From the NCBI GenBank assembly GCA_900549655.1, contig UROZ01000001.1, forward strand, positions 1 through 58,219: DNA of 58,219 nt, read 5' to 3'. Positions 1 to 9,726 of this stretch are shown piece after piece. Both the position numbers and the translations under genes were made by a program. The notes below the pieces were generated by a model. That model made no database searches. It saw nothing but the letters and a program-made list of their open reading frames with translations, and had not been told where the DNA came from. This DNA is from an uncultured Collinsella sp. (GTDB taxonomy: Bacteria; Actinomycetota; Coriobacteriia; Coriobacteriales; Coriobacteriaceae). Each line of letters opens with the position of its first letter. Position 1 is the first letter of the stretch.

Positions 1-519
1 GAGGCGCCCGATTCGTCCGTTACCGTCTTGGAACGGATGCAGATGCTCGAACCTTGCGTGGAAACGGGAGATCGCCTCAAAGTCCTTTGGGCAGCCATCC
101 CATTCGGCGAGCAGCTGCGGTATGGCGGTCGGTATTTCGCTCGGGAGGGCGACCTGTACCGAACTGTTTCTGATACGGTTGGGAATGTATTTGAAATGCC
201 CGCTTTCCCCATTGCCCGCCATGGTCGTTCCCTTGTGAAGGATCGTCTCGAATTCAATAAGGAGTTCCGGTGTCAGTTCGACCCCGAGTGTGTCGACCAT
301 CCGGTCAAACATCTTGAAGGAATTCTTGGTTTCAATGATGTCGTCAAAGTCGTGGTCTCCGGTCACTCTATTCGTTGCATAGAAGGTGTCGATCTGATTG
401 AGCGTGAAGGTAGATCCTTCGATCTTATTCGACTGGTAGAGGTACTCCGGAAGGATGACCTCATAGGCGGAGTTCGGCGCAGCCTTGAGCGTCTGCATCT
501 TGTTTGAGGAGATAATCAT
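1..519 (-). CDS. Fic family protein (3' end runs off the window; missing from the ORF track)
   Basis: Manual translation of the minus strand from ATG 519 (RBS GAAGGA): MIISSNKMQTLKAAPNSAYEVILPEYLYQSNKIEGS...FHARFEHLHPFQDGNGRIGRL. Contains the canonical Fic motif HPFxDGNGRxxR and the inhibitory SxxIEG motif. Confidence 0.9.
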   Translation of the reverse strand, partial: MIISSNKMQTLKAAPNSAYEVILPEYLYQSNKIEGSTFTLNQIDTFYATNRVTGDHDFDDIIETKNSFKMFDRMVDTLGVELTPELLIEFETILHKGTTMAGNGESGHFKYIPNRIRNSSVQVALPSEIPTAIPQLLAEWDGCPKDFEAISRFHARFEHLHPFQDGNGRIGRL

Positions 520-787
520 TACTCATCCTTCGATATCAAGTGCTTACCTACTTTATATACTAGGATCTTTGCATGCCCGACAATAGCTTTGCAATTCCCC
601 AGCAGGACACGCGCCTCCAAATGCCCTCAACAGCCGTAAAAGAGGTGCCCCTTACCGGAAGAAGGCCAAAGATTCTTGTTTTTGCGCCCGTCATGGGGTA
701 TAAGTGGTTTAAGGTGATCAGCACCGTCAATGCGCCGCTATGAAAGGCGCCCATCAGTCCGCGATAGGGATTTAAGGAGACGGTGCC

Positions 788-1156
788 ATGCCGAATGAAT
801 CATTCCGCTACTCAAAGCAAATATCAGACCAGGGTCGAGAACGCTCTGTCGAAGTGCGCCGCGAACGCGCAGCCCTTAAGGAGCGCCTCAAGGCGGGGGA
901 GATCAGTCCAGCTGATGTCCTCAACGATGAGGGTAACATCGCGGCAAAAATCAGGCTGTTCGCGTTCCTCAAGAACTGTCCCGGCGTGGGGTCGGCGGGG
1001 GCTAGGACGCTCCTTCGCGCATTGGGCCTTTCCGAGACGAAGACAATTCGCTCCCTGGGTCCCGTGCAGAAGGCCCGCATACTGACCATGCTTGAGCTGA
1101 TCGCCAATGGCGTTCGGGTCGACCGCGTGGCCGAGATCATCATGTCCGAACGATAG
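788..1156 (+). CDS. mihF: Actinobacterial integration host factor (mIHF)-like nucleoid-associated protein
   Basis: RRERAALKERLKAGEIS...LKNCPGVGSAGARTLLRALGLSETKTIRSLGPVQ follows the mIHF H2TH pattern; RBS AAGGAG upstream. Confidence 0.8.
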   Translation: MPNESFRYSKQISDQGRERSVEVRRERAALKERLKAGEISPADVLNDEGNIAAKIRLFAFLKNCPGVGSAGARTLLRALGLSETKTIRSLGPVQKARILTMLELIANGVRVDRVAEIIMSER

Positions 1157-1193
1157 AATAGAATCCGATAGGGGATTAGAGAAAGGCAACATC

Positions 1194-2390
1194 ATGGATG
1201 AAAATAACCTCAGCAATCAAGACGACCAGGGCCAGGACCAGGACCTCGTTCCCGATGGAGGCGGCAGCGGCAAGATGGCCCTGAAACGCAAGGTCGCCAT
1301 CGGCGCGACGGTCGCTCTCGTTGTCGCGGGGCTCGGACTCGGCGGCGCATGGGCGACCGGCGCCTTCGCCCCCAAGTCCGAGATCACTAAGATCGAGGTC
1401 GATAGCGACAACGACAAGAAGCAGGTCTCGGAGAAGACCGAGCCGACCGTTGACTGGACCGTCAAGATCGAGGCCGAGGGCGTGACGGCCGACTCCTCGC
1501 CCCTGATCACCCGCTACGTCTGCACCGACGGCGTCGATGAGGGCGTCGAGTTCTACCATGCCACCTCCGCATCTGACGCCATCGAGGGCAAGGACGGCGT
1601 GCAGCTGACCGAGGGTACCTGGGAGATCACCGCGATCCCCATCATCAACCCCGACGGCTCAATCACCACGCCCGCAGGCGGCGGCGAGCAGGCCGTTTCC
1701 GGCGCCTCGAAGGACTCCGGCAACACCGAGTTCACCGGCGATACCAAACCCGCCGAGAACGTGACCCAGGACGACATCGACAAGGTTCTCGACAAGGTGA
1801 ACGAGGCGGTCTCCAAGGGCGACGGCACCCTCACGGGGGATGCCGGCAAGGACGTGGTGAACAAGGTCACGGACAACGCCTCCAAGGCCCCCGCCGCCGA
1901 CAAGGAGAAGGTCGAGGAGAAGAAGGACGCCGCGACAGATAGCGCCGTCAAGGCCGATGACAAGAAGACCGATGCGGCGAAGCCGTCCACGGGCTCCGGC
2001 TCCGCGCCGTCAAAATCCGACTCCAAGCCCTCTTCCGGCTCATCCAACAAACCGTCCCATGAGCACACGTGGCAGGCGCAGTACCGCAGCGACCCCGTAT
2101 ACGAGACTCGCACTCGTACTGTTGTGGACCAGGACGCGTGGGACGAGCAGGTTCTAAGTGGCTCGCATGCTGTCTGTTCAGATGGTTCTGTTTTCTACGA
2201 CAACGCCGCTCTTGCTGCTTATTGTAAGAAAATGGCAATGGCTGGGACGCCCGTTTCGTACTACACCGTGGATGATTACACAACTGTTCATCATGAAGCA
2301 GTGACGCATCAGGAGACATATCAGGTGCAGACTGGAACCAAGCAGGTGCTTACCGGCTACCGCTGCCCCGGTTGCGGTGCAACGAAATAG
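1194..2390 (+). CDS. Membrane-anchored extracellular protein
   Basis: N-terminal TM helix (VAIGATVALVVAGLGLGGAW), S/K/P-rich linker, C-terminal HEHTW...VHHEAVTH...CPGCG. Start at MDENN after RBS GAAAGG. Confidence 0.7.
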   Translation: MDENNLSNQDDQGQDQDLVPDGGGSGKMALKRKVAIGATVALVVAGLGLGGAWATGAFAPKSEITKIEVDSDNDKKQVSEKTEPTVDWTVKIEAEGVTADSSPLITRYVCTDGVDEGVEFYHATSASDAIEGKDGVQLTEGTWEITAIPIINPDGSITTPAGGGEQAVSGASKDSGNTEFTGDTKPAENVTQDDIDKVLDKVNEAVSKGDGTLTGDAGKDVVNKVTDNASKAPAADKEKVEEKKDAATDSAVKADDKKTDAAKPSTGSGSAPSKSDSKPSSGSSNKPSHEHTWQAQYRSDPVYETRTRTVVDQDAWDEQVLSGSHAVCSDGSVFYDNAALAAYCKKMAMAGTPVSYYTVDDYTTVHHEAVTHQETYQVQTGTKQVLTGYRCPGCGATK

Positions 2391-2760
2391 GTCCGAAGCG
2401 GATAGATAGGCTGGCTTTTTGGAACCGGGTCTGAAATTGCTCCATGCGTTATCGCTCTTCGGCCGATTTTACTTCGCATTGCTCCTGATAGTCCGTCCGG
2501 GGTACTTCGGGAAGAGGACATATCTTTATAGGGGAGTCGGGCTGTTCGTGCTTCTCGGTGCGATCCTGCGCCTGGCTCGCGATATCCTGCCATATCTTGT
2601 CGGTCTGGCATGAGTCTTTCTCGTCGCACCCAGTGGACGGTCGCATGATATTGGGGTATTGATACGGTGGTTTATGCGGTTGTAGCAGTGCTACTCTCAA
2701 TGCTATACGGCATTGTGTTTATGTGATAATATGTCATTATCATAATGTGAGGTGATGTAT

Positions 2761-3078
2761 ATGGCACTGATACAGCTAAACGTCCCCGACGATGTAAAGG
2801 AACGTGCGGATAGGGCATTCGCGAGGAGCGGGCTCACGACACCGTATGCGATGCGCATCATGGTCAACCAAGTTGCCGAGACGGGCAGGACGCCTTTTGA
2901 CGGTCTGTTCTTATCCCCATCCGGGCGGCTCTACTCGGAGGATGTGCGCCTGGCGATGTTGCGCGCGGAGGCCCAGGAGTATGGCCTGATCGAGGATGAT
3001 TCCGGAGATGACCCCCTGAAGATCCCTGATGATATCCTTGCGGAAATGGGAATCAGTCCCGAGGAGGTCGGGCAGTGA
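2761..3078 (+). CDS. RelB/DinJ family antitoxin
   Basis: IQLNVPDDVKERADRAFARSGLTTPYAMRIMVNQVAETGRTPF is the RHH RelB/DinJ pattern; overlaps the toxin start (GTGA). Confidence 0.8.
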   Translation: MALIQLNVPDDVKERADRAFARSGLTTPYAMRIMVNQVAETGRTPFDGLFLSPSGRLYSEDVRLAMLRAEAQEYGLIEDDSGDDPLKIPDDILAEMGISPEEVGQ

Positions 3079-3392
3079 GCCATTACGAAGTGAGGGTTCC
3101 CGGCTCTTTCTGGAACACGCTCGTCGCGCTTAAGCCGAAATACTCTCATGCCGAATACGTTGAGGTCGTTAATGCTGTCAAGGCCTGTATCGCCGAACTC
3201 GAACGCACTGGCATGATAGAGGAGAGCGGGTGGGATGATCATGTGCTCGTGCACCCGCCATATTCTGACGGCAAGCACCGTGAGGCCCATACCTACGATG
3301 ATGACGTCCTGGTCGTGTATTTCATTCGCGAGAGGAACCGCCGAATCCGCATGGTAGGCGTTTTCGATCATTCGAATATACCGCGTTCATAA
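3075..3392 (+). CDS. YafQ/RelE family toxin
   Basis: DHVL...HREAH...DDVLVVY...IRMVGVFDHSNI resembles YafQ; translationally coupled to the antitoxin. Confidence 0.75.
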   Translation: MSHYEVRVPGSFWNTLVALKPKYSHAEYVEVVNAVKACIAELERTGMIEESGWDDHVLVHPPYSDGKHREAHTYDDDVLVVYFIRERNRRIRMVGVFDHSNIPRS

Positions 3393-3452
3393 CCGCATTT
3401 CGGTGATGCAAATATAGGAGATGCCCCACGGTTATCCTCTCTTTGCGACAAA

Positions 3453-3485
3453 GAAGGGCCCCGCTCATCTTGAGCGGGGCCCTTC
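3453..3485. terminator. Bidirectional terminator hairpin
   Basis: GAAGGGCCCCGCTCA-tct-TGAGCGGGGCCCTTC between convergent genes. Confidence 0.75.
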
Positions 3486-3506
3486 AGGCTTTATCGCGGA
3501 TATGCG

Positions 3507-6500
3507 TTAGATCTTACGCTTGCGTAAAATCAGGAAGATTCCAGCGATACAGGCCGCAATTCCGGCGGCAATTGCCGCGTAGAGGACCCAGTTGCCGGTC
3601 TGCTCGAGGTTCTTGCCCTCGGGAGTGTTCTCGATATCGATGGTCTGGTTGGTGTCCTCAAGGTCGGTCTCCTTGGAGATCTCCTTGCCGTCCGTATCAC
3701 GCTGCAGGCTCTCGAACACGACAGCCTGCTGGCCCGCGACGTCGGAGGCCTTGAACACCATGGGGACATCCACGTCGAGGTCCGAGACGGCAGGGGTGAA
3801 CCGCACCTGTCCGTTGGCGATGACCTCGTAGGTGCCAGGCGTCGAGTTCTTACCGGTCGATTCGGCTTCGGTTGCCGTATTGTCGCCCACTGCCTTGTCG
3901 TCCTTATCGGAGGCCACGAGTTTCACCTGGCCGCCACTCAGCTTCGTCACGATGTCGACCGCATCTTTCGTCGCTCCCGGCACGGTGAGCGTATAGGTCC
4001 CGTCATCGTTCTTGGTGAGCTTGGCGCCCTCTGGGATGTTGACGAAAGAGCCCGTTCCGGTGACGTCGACGAGGGCCTTGGAAAGATCTGTGCCGGAGGC
4101 ATCGGTATCGGGGTCCTTCTGGATACCGTTGCCGGCAAGGGTCGAGGCGTCCTTCACGTCCGTGAGCGTGAGCTGCGTGCCGTCGGCCTTCTTGTTGATA
4201 GAGGCCGTGAGTGTGTAGCTCTGGCCGGGACGCAGTCCCTTGAGGTGGACGGTGTCGACGATTGCGACCTCGTCCTCAGGCTTCACCACCTTGCTGCCCT
4301 GGATTGTGGCCGCAGTGGTCTTGAGGCTCGGGGAGATCTCGACCGTCTGGTCCTTGTCCGTCGGGTCCTCGTGCGAGCCGATGAGGGTACCGTCGACGAA
4401 CAGCTTCTCGAATACTACGGTCTTCGCGCCGCCCAACGCACCCGCATCGAAGGTAAAGGTCACATCTTGGGTCCCGTCCTGGGTCTGCGGCGTGAACTTG
4501 GCCGAGGCGGTGATCTCCTTACCGTCCGCGCCCTTCAGTGCCTCTCCGGTCTCGGCGTCCATGAGGGTGCCCTGGAGTTCATATTCGGTACCGGGGACGA
4601 GGCCGGCGTACTTGACGGTGTCGACGATGGCGGCCTTGCCGTCGGCGGTGACCTCCTTATCGCCATCGGCGCCATCGGCTGCCGACGTCTTGATTTCGGG
4701 CGGGATGACCTCGACGGTCTGCCCCTCGTCGGTCAGGTCCTCGTGGCTGGCGATGACGCTGCCGTCCGCCTCGAGTTTCTCGAACACGACGAGCTTCTTG
4801 TTGGAAAGGGTCGAGGTGTCGACCGAGAACGTCACTTTCACCTTGCCCTCGGTATCCTCGGGCTCGAAGGTCGTGGACGCCGTTACGGCGTTTCCATCTG
4901 CGTCTTTCAGGGGCTCGCCGGTAGCCGAATCCATCAACGTGCCGGTCACGGTGTACTCGCGGCCCGTTGCTAGGTTCTTGTATGAAACCTCGTCCTCGAC
5001 GGTCACGGCCTTGCCGACACCGATTGCCTTGTCGCCGTCTGCCGCATCGGTCGCGGTGGTACCGATCTCGACAGGCAGGAACTCGACCGTCTGGTCCTCG
5101 TCCTCGGGGTCCTCATGGCTTGCCTGGATCTTACCGTCCAGATAGAGGCGCTCGAAGACGACGGCATTATGGCCACCGAGGAGCGTGGCGTCGAACTTGA
5201 ACTTGACCTTCTGCTTGCCGCTGGATGCCTTGGGGGTGAACTTGGCCGTTGCGGTGATGTCCTTGCCGTCCATACCCTTCAGGGCCTCTCCGGTCTCGGC
5301 ATCCATGAGGGTGCCTTGGAGCTCGTACTCGGTGCCCTTTTTAAGTCCCTTGTAGGAGACGGAGTCGACGATCTCGGCCTGGTTCGAGGCCAGGAGCTTA
5401 TGGTCCCCGTCGGCCCCGTCGGTCGCGGTGGTGCCGATCTCGATGGGGTTGTCGTCCACTGTGCCGCGGTCGATCGTGTAGGCGTCGCGGCTCACGGTCA
5501 CCTCGAACTTGACGAGGTTAAGGCTGTCGTTTGCTGAACAGCGGAGCTCCTCGAAGGTGTAGGTGTCATATGGCAGCGCACCCTTGGAGTCGTCTGCTGC
5601 AGTTTGGGCGTCCTTGGAGCCGGAAAACCACAGGCCGTTGTCGATGGAGAGCTTCGACTCGTCGACGGTGCCGTCGGCGTTCAGGGCGGCGTCATTGCCG
5701 TTGGTGTTCTGGGTATGCGGGCAGGCAGAGGCCTCGGTCGTGAGGATGCCGTTCACGTCGGTGATCGCGATATGGGTCTCGCCCGTGGTCTTGGACGTGA
5801 TCTTGAACGGGACGTTCGCGAGTCCGGTCATATCCTCGCCGTGAACCTTGTTGAAGGCGATGTCCCCGCGCTTCACCTGTTCGCGCACGGTAGGGGCATC
5901 CTCACTGGGCTTAACGAAGGTCGACACGAACTCTGCCGACGTGTTCGAGGTGATCTGCTGAAGGTGAACGGTGCTGTCGCTCAGGAGATAGCCGGCAGGG
6001 GCCTTCGTTTCCTGGATCGTTACCGTGCCAAGGGGCAGAGTGTTCATTTTTCCATCGGCAGTTTGATAGAAAGAGTCGCCAGAACTTAAATAGACATCTG
6101 GATTTTCACGGGCAGAGGAAATACCTGTAAAACCATCTTCATCGGTCTTCAGAACCCAAGTCCTCGTGGCCTTCTCGGGAAGGCTCTCCTGGGTGTAGAA
6201 GCCGTCGTAGTACTTGACGGTGAACTCCGCGCCCGCGAGCGTGCCGGCTCCGAGTGGGGAGGCCTTGCCCGTCTCGCTATCGACCTTGGCTACCAGCATG
6301 TCGGCAGGGTCGTTCTGGGGCGCGTCGGTGACGTTCACGGTGGCAGTCTGGCCGCCCGACACGTTCACCTGGTGGATCCCCTCATCAAGTGCATAGGACT
6401 TGCCTGCCTTGGTCTCCTTCACGTAGTAGGTGCCCGGGGCGATATCGATCACGTTGGAGTCGCCGGAGGCGTTGCAGGTGAGCGTTCCCACCTGCTGCGT

Positions 6501-7337
6501 GCAACCGGAGTCGGAGTAGACGCCGTAGGTCGCGCCCTCGAGCGAGTAGCACGGGTTGTTGTCGGAGATGCCGGGGTTGGAGCTCGCCTTCTTGAGCTTC
6601 AGCTTGCCCTTGTTGTGGAAGGTGATGAGGCACTGGGTACCGGTTCCGTAGTTGACAAGGTAGATCGTGTCCTTGAAGGACTGGGGTGCGGGCCCCGGCA
6701 GATTCTTGTCCAGATTTGCAAGGAATGTGCCCGCGTTGATATTGCCGTTGTAGTATAAGACGGTCTTATAGCACCAGTTGCGGAACGCGGCGGTCGTGCC
6801 CTGCATGCCGTACTGGCTGGAGCTCTTCGAGAGGGCCGAGAGGGCAATGTGCTGGATGGCGAGCATCTTGCTGTAGTCCAGCGGCGTGCCGTCGTACCAG
6901 TTGAAGTTCCAAAGACCTTTCGCCTTCGCCTCCTCGAAGCCTGGGCCCGTGGGACCGTAGTAGAGGACCCTCGCCATACCGTCGAGGCGGTCTATCTTGG
7001 TCTGCTCACCGCCCCCTCCCGTATAGCACTTTGACCAGTCGCTTTCGATCGGAAGTTGCGCCTGCGCCGTTGAGGCGTCCAGCGGATGGCGTTTGGCCGG
7101 GTCGAGGCAGATCGCCGGCGTGCCCTCCGAGGTCGTCGAGTTGTACATGTAGAAGCCGCCGTAGTTCACGCGCTCACCGCGGGTGATCGTCTCGGACGAT
7201 GCGGCATATGCCGCGGTCGGCGCCGGTACGACGGAGAGCACCTGGCTCGCGATGAGCACCGCGCCGGTGCCGATGGCCGCGCCTTTCTTGAGACGGGCGC
7301 CGATGCGGCGGAAGAGCTTGCCGGCGCACTCCTTCAT
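3507..7337 (-). CDS. Cell-wall-anchored adhesin: putative thioester domain, SpaA-like isopeptide domains and VaFE (T-Q ester) repeats
   Basis: Signal peptide after MKECAGK; AICLDP...GTQCL (thioester-domain-like); KGKLKLKK/GTYYVKETKAG SpaA-like domains; about 4 repeats IGTTA...DxVSYxGL...GTLMD...VVFE...HEDxxDxxQT; C-terminal LEQTG + TM + RKRK sorting signal. Confidence 0.85.
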   Translation of the reverse strand: MKECAGKLFRRIGARLKKGAAIGTGAVLIASQVLSVVPAPTAAYAASSETITRGERVNYGGFYMYNSTTSEGTPAICLDPAKRHPLDASTAQAQLPIESDWSKCYTGGGGEQTKIDRLDGMARVLYYGPTGPGFEEAKAKGLWNFNWYDGTPLDYSKMLAIQHIALSALSKSSSQYGMQGTTAAFRNWCYKTVLYYNGNINAGTFLANLDKNLPGPAPQSFKDTIYLVNYGTGTQCLITFHNKGKLKLKKASSNPGISDNNPCYSLEGATYGVYSDSGCTQQVGTLTCNASGDSNVIDIAPGTYYVKETKAGKSYALDEGIHQVNVSGGQTATVNVTDAPQNDPADMLVAKVDSETGKASPLGAGTLAGAEFTVKYYDGFYTQESLPEKATRTWVLKTDEDGFTGISSARENPDVYLSSGDSFYQTADGKMNTLPLGTVTIQETKAPAGYLLSDSTVHLQQITSNTSAEFVSTFVKPSEDAPTVREQVKRGDIAFNKVHGEDMTGLANVPFKITSKTTGETHIAITDVNGILTTEASACPHTQNTNGNDAALNADGTVDESKLSIDNGLWFSGSKDAQTAADDSKGALPYDTYTFEELRCSANDSLNLVKFEVTVSRDAYTIDRGTVDDNPIEIGTTATDGADGDHKLLASNQAEIVDSVSYKGLKKGTEYELQGTLMDAETGEALKGMDGKDITATAKFTPKASSGKQKVKFKFDATLLGGHNAVVFERLYLDGKIQASHEDPEDEDQTVEFLPVEIGTTATDAADGDKAIGVGKAVTVEDEVSYKNLATGREYTVTGTLMDSATGEPLKDADGNAVTASTTFEPEDTEGKVKVTFSVDTSTLSNKKLVVFEKLEADGSVIASHEDLTDEGQTVEVIPPEIKTSAADGADGDKEVTADGKAAIVDTVKYAGLVPGTEYELQGTLMDAETGEALKGADGKEITASAKFTPQTQDGTQDVTFTFDAGALGGAKTVVFEKLFVDGTLIGSHEDPTDKDQTVEISPSLKTTAATIQGSKVVKPEDEVAIVDTVHLKGLRPGQSYTLTASINKKADGTQLTLTDVKDASTLAGNGIQKDPDTDASGTDLSKALVDVTGTGSFVNIPEGAKLTKNDDGTYTLTVPGATKDAVDIVTKLSGGQVKLVASDKDDKAVGDNTATEAESTGKNSTPGTYEVIANGQVRFTPAVSDLDVDVPMVFKASDVAGQQAVVFESLQRDTDGKEISKETDLEDTNQTIDIENTPEGKNLEQTGNWVLYAAIAAGIAACIAGIFLILRKRKI

Positions 7338-7433
7338 CTTTCCTCCAGGTCGCATGACTGCTCCATTCTCTCGGTTACCGGAGAGGGGACGCGGGTTTTG
7401 GGCTGCGTTTATGGGTATGCGTCCCCATGGTCT

Positions 7434-7487
7434 AACGTACCGCCGGCATCGGCGCTGTGCCTGCCGATTTGGTGCCACGGGGTGACA
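7434..7487 (-). promoter_or_regulatory. TGTCACC-N3-TGGCACCAAA box, copy 1, plus -10 TACGTT (adhesin promoter)
   Basis: Box at 7468-7487 on the minus strand; hexamer 28 bp downstream at 7434-7439. Confidence 0.75.
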
Positions 7488-7699
7488 GTTCGCGCCTGCG
7501 GTGCTTATTGGACCTATCGTTTTCACGCTACCGTGGGAGGTGTCCGCGCTGTGCGCCTGGAACAAGTGTTCAGGGGAATTCGGATCCGGTGCGGCTGCTT
7601 GTAGTATAGTGGGAACAACAGAGTTCCGGTCGGCCTTTTGACGACGCGAATACAATGGCGCGCATGCGCCCTCGTCAACGAGTTACCGGAGGAAATTAT

Positions 7700-7975
7700 A
7701 TGTTTGAAACCGATCCCAACATGGGCGCCGATTCGGTGCGCCGCGAGATGACGGTCCGTCAATTCCTCGAGAGCGCCACCGCGGTGGGGGAGCTGGTCGT
7801 CGTCACATGCGGCGGGTGGCCCACCTGCACCGTACATATCGACAGCGAGGACTATTTTCGTATGCCCGCCGATATCGCCCATCGGAAGGTGCTGAATTCG
7901 AGTTTCGGATCGATCAAGGTCACGACGCGTGATTCGTTACCCATGGACGTCCCCGTCCGCTTTGTCGACTGCTAA
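7700..7975 (+). CDS. Small hypothetical protein
   Basis: ATG after RBS GGAGG; 91 aa ORF. Confidence 0.6.
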   Translation: MFETDPNMGADSVRREMTVRQFLESATAVGELVVVTCGGWPTCTVHIDSEDYFRMPADIAHRKVLNSSFGSIKVTTRDSLPMDVPVRFVDC

Positions 7976-8090
7976 GACGAGCGACAGGATTGAAGAATTC
8001 AACTGGAACCAAGGCATGGGATGACAGGGTGGAGATACAGGCGTTTGTATAGTGTAAACACTGCGACGAGCGTTCATTAACGCATGGAGA

Positions 8091-8113
8091 GGGCCGCTCG
8101 ATAAGAGCGGCCC
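8091..8113. terminator. Terminator-like hairpin
   Basis: GGGCCGCTC-gataa-GAGCGGCCC between convergent genes. Confidence 0.55.
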
Positions 8114-8128
8114 AACGAATGCCTGAAG

Positions 8129-9106
8129 CTAAATCCGACGAGTGCGGACAGTCTTACTATCAGAACTGGTTGTAGTTCTGTTCATATTAGCGGCGGCAAG
8201 ATTGGACTTCAGGGATTTCGTGGATGGACCGACGAAGCCGGCATCCTCATCGAAATTCGGCCTATCCACGCCAAGCTCACCGAGCAGGTCGTCCGAAAGT
8301 GACCGGTCGGTGAGAATTGGCGCTACCGTGGAAGCGAAATCAACCTGCATGTCCTCAGCGTAAGTAAGAAGGGGGTCGGCCTTTCCTGCCCTGAACTCAT
8401 CGAGAGCGTCGTAGTAGGCATCCTTGGACGCGTCCGTCACGATAAACGGGACGAGGCCGGCGCGCAGGCACTCTCTGAATGCAATTGCCCTTCCGACCCT
8501 GCCGTTGCCGTCCGGGAAGGGGTGGATCGTCTCGAACCGCACGTGGAACCTGACGATATTCTCCAGGGACGGCTGATACTTGTTATATTCGGAGACAAGG
8601 CGGTCGACCAGCGCGGGGACCTCCTCCGGTCGCGCCGTGATGACGCTTCCCACTCCGTTTCCCAGGACCTTCCATTGGCCGGGTACGTCCATCACTCCGT
8701 CCATGAGTTGCAGGTGGATCTCCTTTATGAGTTCGGGAGTGAGCTCCCTATCCAGTGAATCGAAAAGGAAATCGAACATTTTCGTGTGGTTTGCGGTTTC
8801 GCGGACATTTCCCGGGGTGGTAGAGTCCGCGAGAACGGTGTCCCTCGTTTCGAAAATCGTCCTCGTCTGCCATTCTGTGAGCGAGCTGCCCTCGATCCTC
8901 TCATGGTTGTACACGAAAGAGACGATCGATGTCTCATACACGCCGTTCGGGACGGAGCCCTCGCGCTCGAACCCGACCTGATCGATATAGCTGTGAACGA
9001 AATGCCGCTGCAGCTCCGGGCTTAGATGCCTATTCGCATGTGGGCTATCGGCGGGTTTCCCATCTTTATTTGCCCCGGTCAGCAAACTGAATAATCTTTT
9101 CAACAT
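8129..9106 (-). CDS. Fic family protein
   Basis: HPFPDGNGRVGR motif and ERIEGS; start taken at MLKRLF (uncertain). Confidence 0.9.
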   Translation of the reverse strand: MLKRLFSLLTGANKDGKPADSPHANRHLSPELQRHFVHSYIDQVGFEREGSVPNGVYETSIVSFVYNHERIEGSSLTEWQTRTIFETRDTVLADSTTPGNVRETANHTKMFDFLFDSLDRELTPELIKEIHLQLMDGVMDVPGQWKVLGNGVGSVITARPEEVPALVDRLVSEYNKYQPSLENIVRFHVRFETIHPFPDGNGRVGRAIAFRECLRAGLVPFIVTDASKDAYYDALDEFRAGKADPLLTYAEDMQVDFASTVAPILTDRSLSDDLLGELGVDRPNFDEDAGFVGPSTKSLKSNLAAANMNRTTTSSDSKTVRTRRI

Positions 9107-9182
9107 ATATCTGCATACTCCGATAGGCGTACGGATTCCTGACGGCATTTTACCCAGGATAGCAGCCACCCATGACCGGTCC

Positions 9183-9236
9183 TGTCACCCAATGGCACCA
9201 AACCGCCCGGCACCATGCGGGTTGTCGTTTTACGCT
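9183..9236 (+). promoter_or_regulatory. Box copy 2 plus -10 TACGCT
   Basis: TGTCACCCAATGGCACCAAA at 9183-9202; TACGCT at 9231-9236. Confidence 0.75.
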
Positions 9237-9341
9237 TTTGATGGGGCCAAATGCCCACAGGCGACCATGGGCTTGTGGCGGGCTGGTCGCCACAGGGCCC
9301 CGAGTAATAGATGGCAACCGTAGTTCCTTGGAGGATATCGA

Positions 9342-9725
9342 GTGCTGGATAACCTTTCTCTTATGGGGCCGGATGAGGAGGAGCTCTCCCTCTCGGCGCT
9401 GGTGTCTTCAGCGACCCTTCTGCCTTCCTGCGCCTTCTCCGCTTATTCCATCATCGTCAACATAGCTCCCACGATGGGCGGGCGCGCCGTCCTTTTCTAT
9501 CTGACGCGGGGCTCCATCGAGGGTATCTGGATCCCCGTGGCCATATTCATCTTCGCCCTCATAGCGCGCAAGGTCGATGACTGGCGATTCTACGCGCTCA
9601 CCGCCGTGTTCGGCCTTGCGGCCTGCGCACTCGCCGTGCTGAGGCTCGATCTGTGCCATGCGGGGGTCTATCTGGCCGTTATGGCCTGCTGCGGCCTATC
9701 TGCCGTCAAATCTAAGGAGTACTGA
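9342..9725 (+). CDS. Small multi-pass membrane protein
   Basis: About 4 hydrophobic segments; RBS GGAGG; first gene of an operon with the Tat proteins. Confidence 0.65.
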   Translation: MLDNLSLMGPDEEELSLSALVSSATLLPSCAFSAYSIIVNIAPTMGGRAVLFYLTRGSIEGIWIPVAIFIFALIARKVDDWRFYALTAVFGLAACALAVLRLDLCHAGVYLAVMACCGLSAVKSKEY

Positions 9726-9726
9726 G

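Noticed and set aside
28..507. 159-aa plus-strand ORF
   Set aside because: Antisense shadow of the minus-strand Fic gene.
7338..7655. N-terminal extension of the adhesin ORF
   Set aside because: Spans the promoter box; the signal peptide and RBS fit the start at 7337.
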